64,000 nucleotides of DNA from an uncultured Acidobacteriota bacterium (GTDB taxonomy: Bacteria; Acidobacteriota; UBA6911), in assembly GCA_963827655.1 (NCBI GenBank), contig CAWHCF010000002.1:128001-192000 (forward strand), read 5' to 3'. The position numbers and the translations under genes are program-made. Below the pieces are notes generated by a model that saw only the letters and a program-made list of their open reading frames with translations, did no database searches and was not told the origin of the DNA. Of this stretch, positions 1 through 12,700 are shown piece by piece (the stretch's first letter is position 1; every line of letters begins with the position of its first letter).

Positions 1-1
1 T

Positions 2-1381
2 GCCTCGGAGCTTCAATGCGGCATAACCCAAAGCTATCGCAGTTGCGAGGATTGTCAATCTGGGACCTGTCAATAGCCGTGCCAGCGTTTCCTGACGGTG
101 CGCAAAAAGGTAAATAGCGATCGCCGTAAACGGCAGGGCAACCACACACAGGACGGTGTAACGGGCAAGTGCATACTGTAACGCACGGCGGATTATCAGC
201 CTGACATCCAGTACCCGATCCACCAGAACGGAGTAGGCCGTGGTCACCGGTACCAGTAGAACGAGCAACTGCGGGAGCCGGTCGAGCCAGCCATAGGCTT
301 GGCCCGGAGGCCCAGGAAACAGGACGCGGATGAGGATGAGGATATAGACCGGAACGCTGGGAAGCAGCAGGCCCAGCAAAAACACAGATACGCGCTGCCG
401 CTCCCCTGGCGTACTGTGGCGAGCCTTCCACAGCGCAACCGGAAGCGCCGGGATCATCAGACCGTACAGAATCGCCCAGTAGCGAACCATGACGCTCGAT
501 TCCCAGAGAACGGCAAGACCACTCCGGCCGTCGGGCCGGGAAAACAGGTGGTTGACCGAAATCACAAAATCGCTCGCGAACATGAGGAATCCGGCTGCCA
601 TACACAAGCGCACGGCAAAGATAATGGTCCGATCCAGCCGTGCCGACGAAAGGGCTCGGGGAAACTCCCGAACGAAAAGCCACACGCATGCGGGAAGGAA
701 TGCGTCGGTATGCAAACTTGCCAGTATCCCGAGGAGAAGTTCGAGAGCAGCCGGGGAGCGTGGCGGCCATGAGGGTAGGATCTTGTATGAGTAGGCCGCG
801 GCTATGAGCAGGAAGACGATCCCGAGGATCCGGGCTCGCGAATCGCTTCGAGACCCAAAGACCAGAAGCAATCCAGAGATGGCAAAGGCAATCAGGTTAG
901 CGGATCGGAAAAAGGGAAACGTAGCCGAGTGCTCCCCTGAGATCCAGGAGAGCGCGATGCCGGCCGACGCCAGGCACACTTGAAGGCCGGCAAGTACAGC
1001 GACAGTTCGTGTCCAACCCCGGAGGAGCAACCCTACATCCCGCTCAACGCTCTCAACGCACTGAATAGGACAAACGTAAATGCCGATCCTCGTTTTCAAG
1101 GCCACGCGGAGATCCTCGTTTTCGATCAGGGCAGAGCCACGCCCGATCGCTGTAGCTGCGGCAACAAGGCCCGCCGCGCGCGCAAATTCGAGCATCTGCT
1201 TCTCGATCGACGGCCAGCTTCCGCTCCTGACAACTCCCTCGATCTGGCTTTTGTAGGCCTGGCGAAGGCTTCCTGTGGCTTCCCGCGATATCGAAACGAG
1301 AGTGCCCGCTCCACTTCCAAAGGCAAACCAAATCAGATCGCCTAACCCTTCGACGTCGTAGGTCGCAACACTGGGGGACAT
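2..1381 (-). CDS. Partial ORF running off the left end: N-terminal histone-fold-like domain (~100 aa) followed by a multi-TM sensor region of the type that precedes Ser/Thr kinase or GAF domains
   Basis: Hand translation, absent from the ORF track because there is no stop in the window. GAGGAG RBS then ATG at 1381: MSPSVATYDVEGLGDLIWFAFGSGAGTLVSISREA...GSALIENEDLRVALK...VCP, then many hydrophobic helices and TTAYSVLVDRVLDVRLIIRRALQYALARY. No in-frame stop from 1381 to 2. Confidence 0.75.
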   Translation of the reverse strand, partial: MSPSVATYDVEGLGDLIWFAFGSGAGTLVSISREATGSLRQAYKSQIEGVVRSGSWPSIEKQMLEFARAAGLVAAATAIGRGSALIENEDLRVALKTRIGIYVCPIQCVESVERDVGLLLRGWTRTVAVLAGLQVCLASAGIALSWISGEHSATFPFFRSANLIAFAISGLLLVFGSRSDSRARILGIVFLLIAAAYSYKILPSWPPRSPAALELLLGILASLHTDAFLPACVWLFVREFPRALSSARLDRTIIFAVRLCMAAGFLMFASDFVISVNHLFSRPDGRSGLAVLWESSVMVRYWAILYGLMIPALPVALWKARHSTPGERQRVSVFLLGLLLPSVPVYILILIRVLFPGPPGQAYGWLDRLPQLLVLLVPVTTAYSVLVDRVLDVRLIIRRALQYALARYTVLCVVALPFTAIAIYLFAHRQETLARLLTGPRLTILATAIALGYAALKLRG

Positions 1382-1672
1382 AGTATCTCCTCTATAGATG
1401 TGAAGTCGTCGAACGGCGCTCCTTAGCGCGGCGCGAGCAACGCGTTGATTCCTTTCCTCCGCGGAGAGCACACAAGGAGTACCGGTGTGCCCCAATCGCT
1501 TCCCGCTTGCTGCCATTATGGCTAATCGCTACTGAATTTCGGCGTAGATACGCCGCCGAGTCACCAGGTCAGCGTGATCGGGACACCACCGAAGTTGAGC
1601 CAAATTTCGCGTATAAGTGTTTTTATCGCGAGCTCGTTTGAGAAGCAAGGGAAATTGAGGCGGGGTGTCTAA

Positions 1673-1780
1673 TCAAATACCGCGAAGACTCACAGACACG
1701 AAGAAACACCAAGAAAGGGGCTACATCAAACGCCGCTTGATTGCGTCCGCGATTTCTTCGTGTCTTGGTGGTGTTTTAGT
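1673..1780. repeat. Family-1 interspersed repeat (GACACGAAG core), inverted pair; possible terminator after surface protein B
   Basis: aaataccgcgaagactcacagacacgaagaaacaccaagaaa followed by the inverted tttcttcgtgtcttggtggtg. Confidence 0.7.
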
Positions 1781-1800
1781 TCACCTCTGAGACTACCGGT

Positions 1801-4800
1801 TCAATTCAACACTACATTCGCCCTGCCGCCCGGCTGCCCATAGCCCGTCAGGATGATGGTGTTGCTATCCAACGGCAATTGAGACGAGATGTTGATACTC
1901 TTGACTTCACCATTACTCAGACCGACGGTTTGAAACAAACGTCCGTTTATGATGATTTCGATGTACAACACCCCGGGGCTCCCGTTTTGAATTCCTATGC
2001 TGCTCATGGTCGGGGGAATGTTGTCGAGGGTCAGGCTGACCGGCCTGCCTGATTCGGGGAGTTCCAGTAGCAGGCCCGCGGACGTTGCTGTCACGGTTAC
2101 GGTGAAGCTGCAGTTCGCCATGTTGCCGGCCGCGTCCGTGACCCTGAAGGTGTTGGTAGTGACCCCCACCGGGAAGGATGCACCGCTGGCCAGCCCGGCC
2201 GTCTGCATCGTGGTTGCTCCGGGACAGGCATCCGTGCCCACAGGCGCCGTGTAGGTGACCACGGCCGAGCCCGAGCCGGGCGAGCTTTCAGTCACAACTA
2301 TGTTGGCCGGGCAGCTGATCACCGGATTCTCCGTATCGATGACCGTCACCGTGAAGCTGCAACTCGTCCCGGCTCCGTTGGCGCAGGTTACCGTCGTTGT
2401 GCCGACGGGGAAGAACGAGCCGGAAGACGGCGTGCAACTCACCGGCCCGCAACCGCCGGTTACGGTCGGGGCAGGGAAGCTGACGATCGCTCCGCACTGG
2501 CCCGGGTCGTTCGGCACGGTGATGTTGCTTGGGCAACTGATCATGCAGGCCGCCGGAAGGATTGTCGTGACATCTGATGCCGTGTTGTTCGTGGTATTGA
2601 CATCCCCACCCCCCGAGACGGTCGCTGTGTTGGTCACCGATGGGGGTGCGTTGGGTGCAACATCCACCGTGAGTGTCACAGGGGGATAGCTCGCTGCGGG
2701 CGCCAGCGCGTCGCTTCGAGTGCAATTGACCATTGCGCCAGTGATGCCGCAGTTCCAGCCCGCTCCGCTCGCCGCCGTGGGAGTCAGCCCCGTCGGGACA
2801 GTGTCGGACAGGGTGACGGCGCCGCTGGTCGGCGAGCCGCCGCTGTTGGTCACGGTCACGGTAAATTCTGCTCCGGTCTGCCCCTGTGTGAAGTTGCCGG
2901 TGTGGCTCTTCATGAGGCTCAAATCCGGCGCCGACACCACCGTTACGGTGAAGCTGCAGTTCGCCATGTTGCCGGCCGCATCCGTGACCCTGAAGGTATT
3001 GGTAGTGACCCCCACCGGGAAGGCTGAACCGCTGGCCAGCCCGGCCGTCTGCGTCGTGGTTGCTCCAGGACAGGCGTCGGTGCCCACGGGCGCCGTGTAG
3101 GTGACCACCGCCGAACCCGAGCCGGCCGGGTTCTCGGTCGCAGTGATGTTAGCCGGACAGGTGATGGCCGGATTCTGCGTATCGTTGACCGTGACGGTAA
3201 AACTGCACGAGGCGTCCGGCGCCACGCCATTCGAGGCGGTGCAGGTTACCGTTGACGTCCCGACCGGGAATGCGTGCGGTGAGGTGATAGGGGTCGCGCC
3301 TATCCTGCACGTTACGGTCGGCGCCGGGCAGCCGGCCGTCGCCGTCGGCGGAGTAAAAGAGACCAATGCCGTGCACGTCCCCGGATCAGTGTTAACAGTC
3401 TGATTGGCCGGACAGGCCGAGATCGACGGCGGCAACTGCACCGTCATTGACGAGGTCTGCGTCCCGTTGTCCAGCGTCGCCGATACATTGCCCGTGTTCG
3501 GAGTCGGACAGGTCGAGCTGGCGGTGAACAAGGTCGCCGGCCATCAGGCTGCTCAGCGCCGCCGATCCGGGCGAAACGCTCCCCAGCCTGCCGCCGGCTG
3601 AACGTGATGGTCAGCCCGTTCAGCACTACCGGATTTATCGCCGCCCCATTTGTGTTCTGGCTCACGTTCGCCGTGAACGTCTGGGTCCCGCCCGGCGCGA
3701 GCGTCGCGCTGGCCGGCAGCAAGCGCAGGTCTATCCGGGGATCGGCGTCGAATGTCCCGCTGCCCGTCTGGCAACCCGCGGCTGCTGGGGAAGCCGTCGC
3801 ACCCCCACCAGTTGTTCTCCACGCTGGCCGTGCCGCCCGTCTGCCCGATGCCCGAGCCTGACGGCGCCGTATTGCTCACGATCCGGTTCAGGTTGGCCGT
3901 CAGCAAGCCGCTGCTGATAAACAGCGCCCCGCCCGCCACGGTCGCGCTGTTGCCGCTGATCGTGCAGTTGGTGATGGTCGTTAACTGATTGACAAAGGCG
4001 TTCGTCGTCGCCACTCCCCCGCCACTGTCCGACGCGTTGCCGCTGATCGTGCAGTTGTTGATCGTCAGCGGCGAGTTGGCCCCGTCTTCAATCCCCCCGC
4101 CTCTGGCATTCGCGCCCCGCCGTCGCGGTGTTATTGCTGATGGTCACACCTGACAGCGTGGTACTGCCCACCGGGTTCGCCGTTGAAGAGACCGCCGCCG
4201 TCGGCAGACGCGCCGGTTCCCTGCGCCGTGTTGCCTGTCAGGCTGCCTCCCGTCATGTTCACGGTCTGGCCGCCCACTCCGGCGATCAGTATCCCGCCGC
4301 CGTCCGACCCCGAAATGTTGCTCGAGATCGTGCATGTGTTGAGCGTGACGGTCCCGCCAAAACTGTGGCGTATGTTGATCCCGCCCCCGTTGGACCCGAT
4401 GTTGGCCGAGGTCTGGTTGCCTGTGATCGTGCTGTTGCTTATCGTCACATTATGCCGGTCAGCGAACAGATTGATCCCGCCTCCGGTCGCGACGCGCCGC
4501 TGCGGCGTTCAACGTGTCATTGTTCGAGATCGTGCTGCCGGTGATCTGAACCGTGCCCCGAAAAATATTGGTGCCTCCCATCAGATCGCCGCTGTCGATG
4601 TTGATCGCCCCGCCGTAGCTGTTCTGGTTGGCATTGCTGTCAAACGTGCAGTTGGTCACGGTCGTGGTCGGCCCGGGCATCGCTCCCGTGCCGGTCAGGA
4701 AGATATCCAGCGCTCCCCCGGTCTCGGTGAAGGTGCCGATCGTGGGGTTGTTGTTCCTGGTGAACCGAACCGTCAAACCCGAAAGGCTCACGCTCAAGGT

Positions 4801-6649
4801 CGAGAACGTCCCATCCTGGTTGATCCCGATTGCCTTGTCTCCCATGTTGCCCGTGAAGGCGGCATTGCTCGATCCCTGGATGATCGTGTTCGCGGCCCCA
4901 TTGCCCATGATGGTTATGTCCGAGTTGATGTCCAGGTCTCCGCTCGCGGCCGTGTTGTCATCGCCCACCTGCGTCAACTGGATCGGCACGCCGTTCAATG
5001 CGGCCGCGAACGTGATCGTGTCCGCGCCGGCATGAGCATTGGCTTCCTGAACCGCCGCGCGCAGGGAACAATTACCCCCCGAGTCGGCGCACGTGCCGTT
5101 GCCGGCGGCCGCATCATCCGTGTCAGCCGCGGTGTTGACGTTAAAGGCGGCGTGTGACTCGACTACCACGATCACGGGTTCCGGGTGGCTCTGTCGTAGC
5201 ACCACCAGACCAGGCCGCCCGTGCACGTTCAGCCGCATCGGCAGCGCCGCAACCGGCTGGCTATCGGCATCGAACGTGATCGCTTCCCTTCCCCCCGGCG
5301 ATGCTTCTTGCCCTGGCTGCGCGTCCTCCCTGAATGCCACCTGAAGTTGCCGCGCCCCGGGATTCACAACCAGCAGATCATGCGATTGCCGCACCCGATG
5401 CCAGCGTGCTCATCAGCAGCGGCTGCGCGCCGTCGCCTGCGTGCGTGAGGGTCATCGAGGTCCTCTCCGCCACCTCCCAGCTCAGTGCCCCGCTGGGTCT
5501 CGCCCCCCTCAGGTCTGACATCGGCCGGCTCCCTCGTCTCACTTCGGCTACAAGCTGCCGGCGCGCCCGAACCTCTTCCACAGTAAAGGGCCGGGTATCC
5601 AGCGTCCCGCGCGCCACGATCTGGACCGTGCCGTCCTCCGCCGCCACCGCCAGTTCCAGCCGCGCATCCCGATCCCAGATGAAATCGCTCACCGCCGCCG
5701 CTTTCACCCCAAACGGCAGTGCGATCGCCTCCAACTGCCCCGCTCGCTCATCCGGGACACTTCCGTACCCGGAGGCTTCATCATCCTCTCCGTGCAGTAT
5801 GTAGAGCCGGTTGCCCGCGATGATCGCCAGGTCCGTTGCACCATCCTCATCCAATCGCCCCAGGGTCACAAAGGTCGCCGCGGCCGGCAGCGGGTAGGTC
5901 GACGCCGCCTCCGCCGCGACACCCTGGTTCGCTTCATAAACCAGCAGCGCAGGCCCATCCGAACCTACGATCCCCACCACCAAATCCGCCCAGCTATCCG
6001 GCTGAGTCTTCTGCCCGGCCGCCATCGTCGTCAGCAGACCCGGCAACGGAACGGCCCTGGGCTCGTGGAATCCCTGGTTCCCGTCCCCACCCAGCAGATA
6101 GAGCGCCCCGCTTCCCCGCGCCCCTGTGATTATGTCCAGACGCCCATCCCGGTCGAAATCTCCCGTGGCCAGAAACTCCGGCGCTTCCGGCGTCCACAGC
6201 ACTGCCGCTTCGGGGAGAAACGGATCAGGATATGCTCCCTTGATGATGGACTGGATTGTCTCCGGTTTTGTCGGCCCATACGCTTCGGGATTGCCCAGGT
6301 GCAATGTCACCAGGCCTCCGCTCGCGCTGGCATACCCGCAAATCAGGTCCGGAAAACCGTCGAGATTGACGTCATCCGAGGCCAGCGACAGCGCCCGGAC
6401 CTGCCCTTGCTCCAGCGCCAGCAGGTTTCCGCCGTTCGTCAGCCCGGCCCCGGTATACTGCGCGCGCAAATCGCGCCCATTCCGAAAATGGATCCGGTAA
6501 TTGTTCTGCCCCCCGGCTCGCATCGTGATGGCGTCTTCGCGGGAGTCGGCCCTCGAGGCCAGGTACTGATTAGCGTCCACCAGGGCTCCAACGCTCGTGA
6601 GAACTAAAACCGAAAGGCCAAACGCAATCTTTGATGTGAGCCGCTTCAT
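1801..6649 (-). CDS. Giant secreted surface protein B (~1600 aa): signal peptide, FG-GAP/VCBS-like repeats, CSLREA domain, GGA/GGG-rich right-handed beta-helix, HYR x2, DUF11 x1, HYR x2, short C-terminal beta domain (frameshifted in assembly)
   Basis: Stitched from ORFs 5378-6649, 4459-5394, 4131-4448, 3553-4014, 3444-3722 and 1801-3531. GGAGG RBS; MKRLTSKIAFGLSVLVL signal; DVNLDGFPDL and GDFDRDGRLDI motifs; CSLRAAVQEAN; NNWWG; FPVGVTTNTFRVTDAAGNMANCSFTVTV (HYR). Confidence 0.85.
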
Positions 6650-6745
6650 GATTTACCTCCAACGTACATCAGCGAAAGGCGCAAGACGAGTGCCTTGGGT
6701 CTCTCGGCAACTTCAGATTCTCACTCCCATGAACCACTAAACGCG

Positions 6746-9700
6746 CTAATCGGGAACCTGCGGAGCCTTCGAGGGGATGACCGGGACCGCGGTGAGTTGA
6801 GTCTGATACTGGGTCAGAGCGACGACGGCAAACGTCTTCCCTCCCTGCCCAACCAGGACCATCGACCCTTTGAATCTCAGTCGTGAGGGGAGGTATTCGT
6901 GCAGGAACCGTGCGACCTGGTGCAGAGGCCGGAGCGGGTTCAGCTCCGGCGGACTGAGCGTATCGGTGATCAATCCGTTTTCGTCGAGAACAACAAGTTT
7001 GATGTTGATGTTGTCGTTTCCGGAATTTGTGACGGCGAAGCCGGTGTAGCGGCTCTGCGTATTGTCGTTATCGACCACGATTGTGGCGGCATTGAGAGGC
7101 TGGCCGCCCAGAATCCCCGCCGCGCTCCTCAAGAGCCCGCCCTCGACCAACTGAAAGTAAGCGGCGCCGCTCAAGAAGCCAGCCGACGCTACCAGGCGAG
7201 CCGAACCGGTCCGCACGGGCTCCGAAGGTTCGACAGCCGAGATCTGCAGAATTCTGGTTCCACCGGGCGGAACGGAAAATGGAAAGGAGGAACCGGTCAC
7301 CTCTCTCCTCGGAAGCGAAGAGGGCCTGGCTGCCGGGGCGGAAGGATCGGTCAGAGAAACAGGAAACGGATTACCGTTCTGATCGGTGAGGATGAGAGTT
7401 CCGGTTGCCGCGACGGATCCGGTATTTGAGAGGAACAGGCCTGTCGAATAGCCCGCCCCCACTGTCACTTGACCGAACGTGTACGGCCCTCCGGCCACGA
7501 TCAGGGTCACGTCACTGGCCGACTCGCCGCCACCTTCGTCCCCGCCACCCGAGACCAATGCCACATTGGTGACCGCCCCCAGGGCATCCGCCGCAACCGT
7601 GACCACCAGCGTGATAGGCGGATAACGCCCTCCCGCAGCCAGCGGGTCGCTCCGGGTGCAGATGACGGTCTGGCCGTTGATCGTGCAGGGCCAGCCGGAC
7701 CCGAAAGCAGAAGTGGGTCGCAATCCTGCCGGGAGACTGTCTTCGACCTTCACCTGGCCGTCGGTAGCAACCTGGCCGGTATTAGAGACAGTGATCGTGT
7801 AGGTCGCGCCCGTTTGTCCCCGGGTGAAGATGCCCGAGTGCGTCTTGGTGATGCTGAGGTCCGGACGCAGGAAAAGGGTTTCGGAGTCTTCGGCCGTGTT
7901 GTTGGCAGGATTGGCGTCTCCGCCTCCCGAGACTCTGGCAATATTGGTCACCGTTGACCCAACCGGGATGTCGGGGGCGACATCTACCGTAAGGGTGACG
8001 GTGGGGTAGCTCACTCCCGGCGCCAGAACATCGCCTCGGGAACACGTCGCGGTTAGCCCGGAGACCTGGCAGTTCCAGCCTGTTCCGTTAGCCGTCCTGG
8101 CGGTCAAGCCGAGAGGCAGGTCGTCGACAAGATTGACAACACCACTGCTTGGCCCGACACCCCGGTTGGCCACCGTGATGAAAAAGATCACCCCGGACTG
8201 ACCCGGCCCGAAGCTGCTCGGATGGGTCTTCACGATCCTGAGGTCCGGGCCAACGCTGATGGTCACCGTGTCGCTTGCCGTGTTATTGCTTGAATTGACG
8301 TCACTGCCGCCGGCAACGCTCGCCGTGTTGGTTACCGATGAGGGGGCGTTGGGTGCCACATCCACCATGAGGGTGACCGGCCCGTAACTCGCTCCCGGCG
8401 CCAGCGGGTCGCTTCGCATGCAGCTGACCATTGCGCCCGAGACGCCGCAGGCCCAGCCCGGACCGCTCGCGGCGGTGGGAGTGAGTCCCGCAGGAACATT
8501 GTCGGCAAGGGTGACCGTGCCGCTGGTCGGGGAGCCGCCGGTGTTGGTCACGGTCAGGGTAAATTGTGCTCCGGTCTGCCCCGGCATGAAGCTACCGACG
8601 TGACTCTTGGATACGATCAGGTCCGGTCCGGGAAGGATAGTCGTAACATCGGTTGCGGTGTTGTTCGCGGCATTGACATCGCCGCCGCCCGAGATGGTCG
8701 CTGTGTTGGTTACCGATGGAGGGGCGTTGGGTGCCACATCCACCGTGATCGTGATCGGCCCATAGCTTGCTCCCGGCGCCAGCGGATCGCTTCGCGTGCA
8801 ATTGACCATTGAGCCCGAGACGCCGCAGTTCCAGCCCGCGCCGCTCGCTGTGGCTGGAGTAAGTCCCGAGGGGACAGCGTCGCTCATGGCTACGGAACCT
8901 GCGGTTGGCACGCTGCCGATATTAGCCACCGTTACCGTGAATATTGCTCCGGTCTGCCCCTGTACGAAACTACCCACGTGGCTCTTGGAGATGATCAGGT
9001 CCGGATCGGTGAGACCGAATGGCGTCGGAAGGAAGATTGTCGTCACATCCGTTGCGGTGTTGTTCGTGGTATTGACCTCGCCGCCGCCCGAGATGACCGC
9101 TATGTTGGTCACCGATGGAGGGGCGTTGGGTGCCACATTCACGGTGATCGTGATCGGCCCATAGCTCGCTCCCGGCGCCAGCGGGTCGCTTCGGCTGCAA
9201 TTGACCGTTGCGCCGGTGATTCCGCAGGTCCAGCCCGCTCCGGTCGCCGCGGTGGGAGTGAGTCCTGCAGGGACATCGTCGCTCATCGTCACGGAGCCGG
9301 CGGTTGGCATGCCGCCGCTGTTGGTCACGGTCACGGTGTATATTGCTCCGGTCTGCCCCAGCGTGAAATTACCCGCGTGACTCTTGGAGATGATCAGGTC
9401 CGGTCCCGGAGTGATTGTCGTGACGTCCATCGCGGTGTTGTTCGTGGCATTGATATCGCCGCCGCCCGAGATGGTCGCTATGTTGGTCACCGATGGGGGG
9501 GCGTTGGGTGCGACATCCACCGTAAGGGTGACTGGCCCGTAACTCGCTCCAGGCGCCAGCGGGTCGCTTCGGGTACAACTGACAAGGGCGCCGATCATTC
9601 CGCAGATCCAGCCGGCGCCGCTCGCTGCCGTGGGAGTGAATCCCGCAGGAACATTGTCCATCAGGGTGACGAGACCGCTGGTCGGGGAGCCACCGGAGTT

Positions 9701-12700
9701 GGTCACGGTCACGGTAAATTGCGCTCCGGTCTGCCCCGGTGTGAAACTACCCACGTGACTCTTGGAGATAACCAGGTCCGGCCCCGGAAGGATTGTCGCG
9801 ACATCTGATGCCGTGTTGTTCGTGGTATTGATATCGCCGCCGCCCGAGACGGTCGCTGTATTGGTCACCGACGGGGGGGCGTTGGGTGCAACATTCACCA
9901 TGAGGGTGACCGGCCCGTAACTCGCTCCCGGCGCCAGCGGGTCGCTTCGGCTGCAATTGACCATGGCGCCGGTGATTCCGCAGGTCCAACCGGCGCCACT
10001 GGCCATTGTGGCGAATGAGACCCGTCGGGACACTGTCGGCCACGGTGACGGCGCCGCTGGTCGGGGAGCCGCCGCTATTGGTCACGGTCATGGTAAATTG
10101 TGCTCCGGTCTGCCCCTGCACGAAATTACCCGCGTGACTCTTGGAGATGATCAGGTCCGGCCCCGGAGTGATGGTCGTGACATCGGTTGCGGTGTTGTTC
10201 GTGGTATTGACATCGCCGCCGCCGGAGAGGGTCGCTATGTTGGTCACCGATGGGGGGGCGTTGGGCGCAACATTCACCGTGATCGTGACCGGCCCGTAAC
10301 TCGCTCCCGACGCCAGCGGGTCGCTGCGAGTGCAATTGACCGTTGCGCCGGTGACTCCGCAGTTCCAGCCCGTGCCGCTCGCTGCCGTGGGAGTCAGTCC
10401 AGTCGGAACGCTGTCGACCACAGTGACGGCGCCGCTGGTCGGTGAGCCGCCGCTGTTGGTCACGGTTACGGTAAATTGTGCTCCGGTCTGCCCCTGTATG
10501 AAGCTACTCGCGTGACTCTTGGAGATGATCAGGTCCGGCCCCGGCGTGATGGTCGTGACATCGGATGCGCTGTTGTTTGCGGTATTGACATCGCCGCCGC
10601 CGGAGACGGTCACTGTGTTGGTCACCGATGGGGGGGCGTTGGGCGCGACATCCACGGTGATCGTGACCGGCGCGTAACTCGCTCCCGGCGCCAGCGCGTC
10701 ACTGCGGGTGCAATTGGCCGTTGCGCCGGTGAGGCCGCAGGTCCAGCCCGTGCCGGTCGCCGCGGTGAGAGTCAGTCCCGCAGGGATAGTATCGACCAGG
10801 GTGACGGCGCCGCTGGTCGGAGAGCCGCCGCTGTTGGTCACGGTCACGGTAAATTGTGCTCCGGTCTGCCCCTGTATGAAATTACCCGCGTGACTCTTGG
10901 CGACGGTCAGATCCTGCCCCGGAATGATGGTCGTGACATCGGATGCGGTGTTGTTCGCGGTATTGACGTCGCCGCCGCCCGAAATGGTCGCTGTGTTGGT
11001 CACCGATGGGGGCGCGTTGGGTGCAACATCCACCGTGAGTGTCACAGGGGGATAGCTCGCTGCAGCCGCCAGCGCGTCGCTTCGAGTGCAATTGACCATT
11101 GCGCCAGTGATGCCGCAGTTCCAGCCCGTTCCGCTCGCCGCCGTGGGAGTGAGTCCCGTCGGGACAGTGTCGGACAGGGTGACGGTGCCGCTGGTCGGCG
11201 AGCCGCCGCTATTGGTCGCCGTCATGGTGTAGGTGGCTCCCGTCTGCCCCTGTCTGAAGTTGCCGGTGTGGCTCTTCGTGAGGCTCAAATCCGGCGCCAA
11301 CACCACCGTCACGGTGAAGCTGCAGTTCGCCATGTTGCCGGCCGCGTCCGTGACCCTGAAGGTATTGGTAGTGACCCCCACCGGAAAAGCGTTACCGCTG
11401 GGCAGCCCGGCCGTCTGCGTCGTGGTTGCTCCAGGACAGGCGTCGGTGCCCACAGGCGCCGCGTAGGTGACTACCGCCGCGCCCGAGCCGGGCGGGTTCT
11501 CGGTCGCAGTGATGTTAGCCGGGCAGGTGATGGCCGGATTCTCCGTATCGTTGACCGTGACGGTAAAACTGCACGAGGCGTCCGGCGCCACGCCATTCGA
11601 GGCGGTGCAGGTTACCGTTGACGTCCCTACCGGGAATGCGTGCGGTGAGGTGATAGGGGTCGCGCCTATTCTGCACGTTACGGTCGGCGCCGGGCAGCCG
11701 GCCGTCGCGGTCGGCGCAGTAAAAGAGACCAATGCCGTGCACGTCCCCGGATCAGTGTTGACCGTCTGATTGGCCGGACAGGCCGAGATCGACGGCGGCA
11801 CCTGCACCGTCATTGACGAGGTCTGCGTCCCGTTGTCCAGCGTCGCCGATACATTGCCCGTGTTCGGAGTCGGACAGGTCGAGCTGGCGGTGAACAAGGT
11901 CCCGGCCATCAGGCTGCTCAGCGCCGCCGATGCGGGCGAAACGCTCCCCAGCCCGCCGCCGGCGAACGTTATGGTCAGCCCGTTCAGCACTACCGGATTG
12001 ATCGCCGCACCGTTTGTGTTCTGGCTCACGTTCGCCGTGAACGTCTGGGTCCCGCCCGGCGCAAGCGTCGCGCTGGCCGGCAGCAAGCGCAGATCTATCC
12101 GCGGGATCGGCGTCGAATGTCCCGCTGCCCGTCTGGCAACCGGCGGCATTGGGGAAGCCGTCGCACCCCCACCAGTTGTTCTCCACGCTGGCCGTGCCCC
12201 CCGTCTGCCAGATGCCCGAGCCTGTGGGCGCGGTATTGCTCACGATGCGATTCAGGTTGGCCATCAGCGAGCCACTAACGATAAACAGCGCCCCGCCCCC
12301 CAGGGTCGCGCTGTTGCCGCTGATCGTGCAGTTGGTGATGGTCGTTAACTGATTGACAAAGGCGTTCGTCGTCGCCACTCCTCCGCCAATGTCCGACGCG
12401 TTGCCGGTGATCGTGCAGTTGTTGATCGTCAGCGGCGAGTTGGCCCCGTCTTCAATCCCCCCGCCTCTGGCATTCGCGCCTGCCGTCGCGGTGTTATTGC
12501 TGATGGTCACACCCGACAGCGTGGTACTGCCCACAGGGTTCGCGTTGAAGAGCCCGCCGCCATCGGCCTCCGCGCCGGTTCCCTGCGCCGTGTTGCCTGT
12601 CAGGCTGCCTCCCGTCATGTTCACGGTCTGGCCGCCCACTCCGGCGATCAGTATCCCGCCGCCGTCCGACCCCGAAATGTTGCTCGAGATCGTGCATGTG

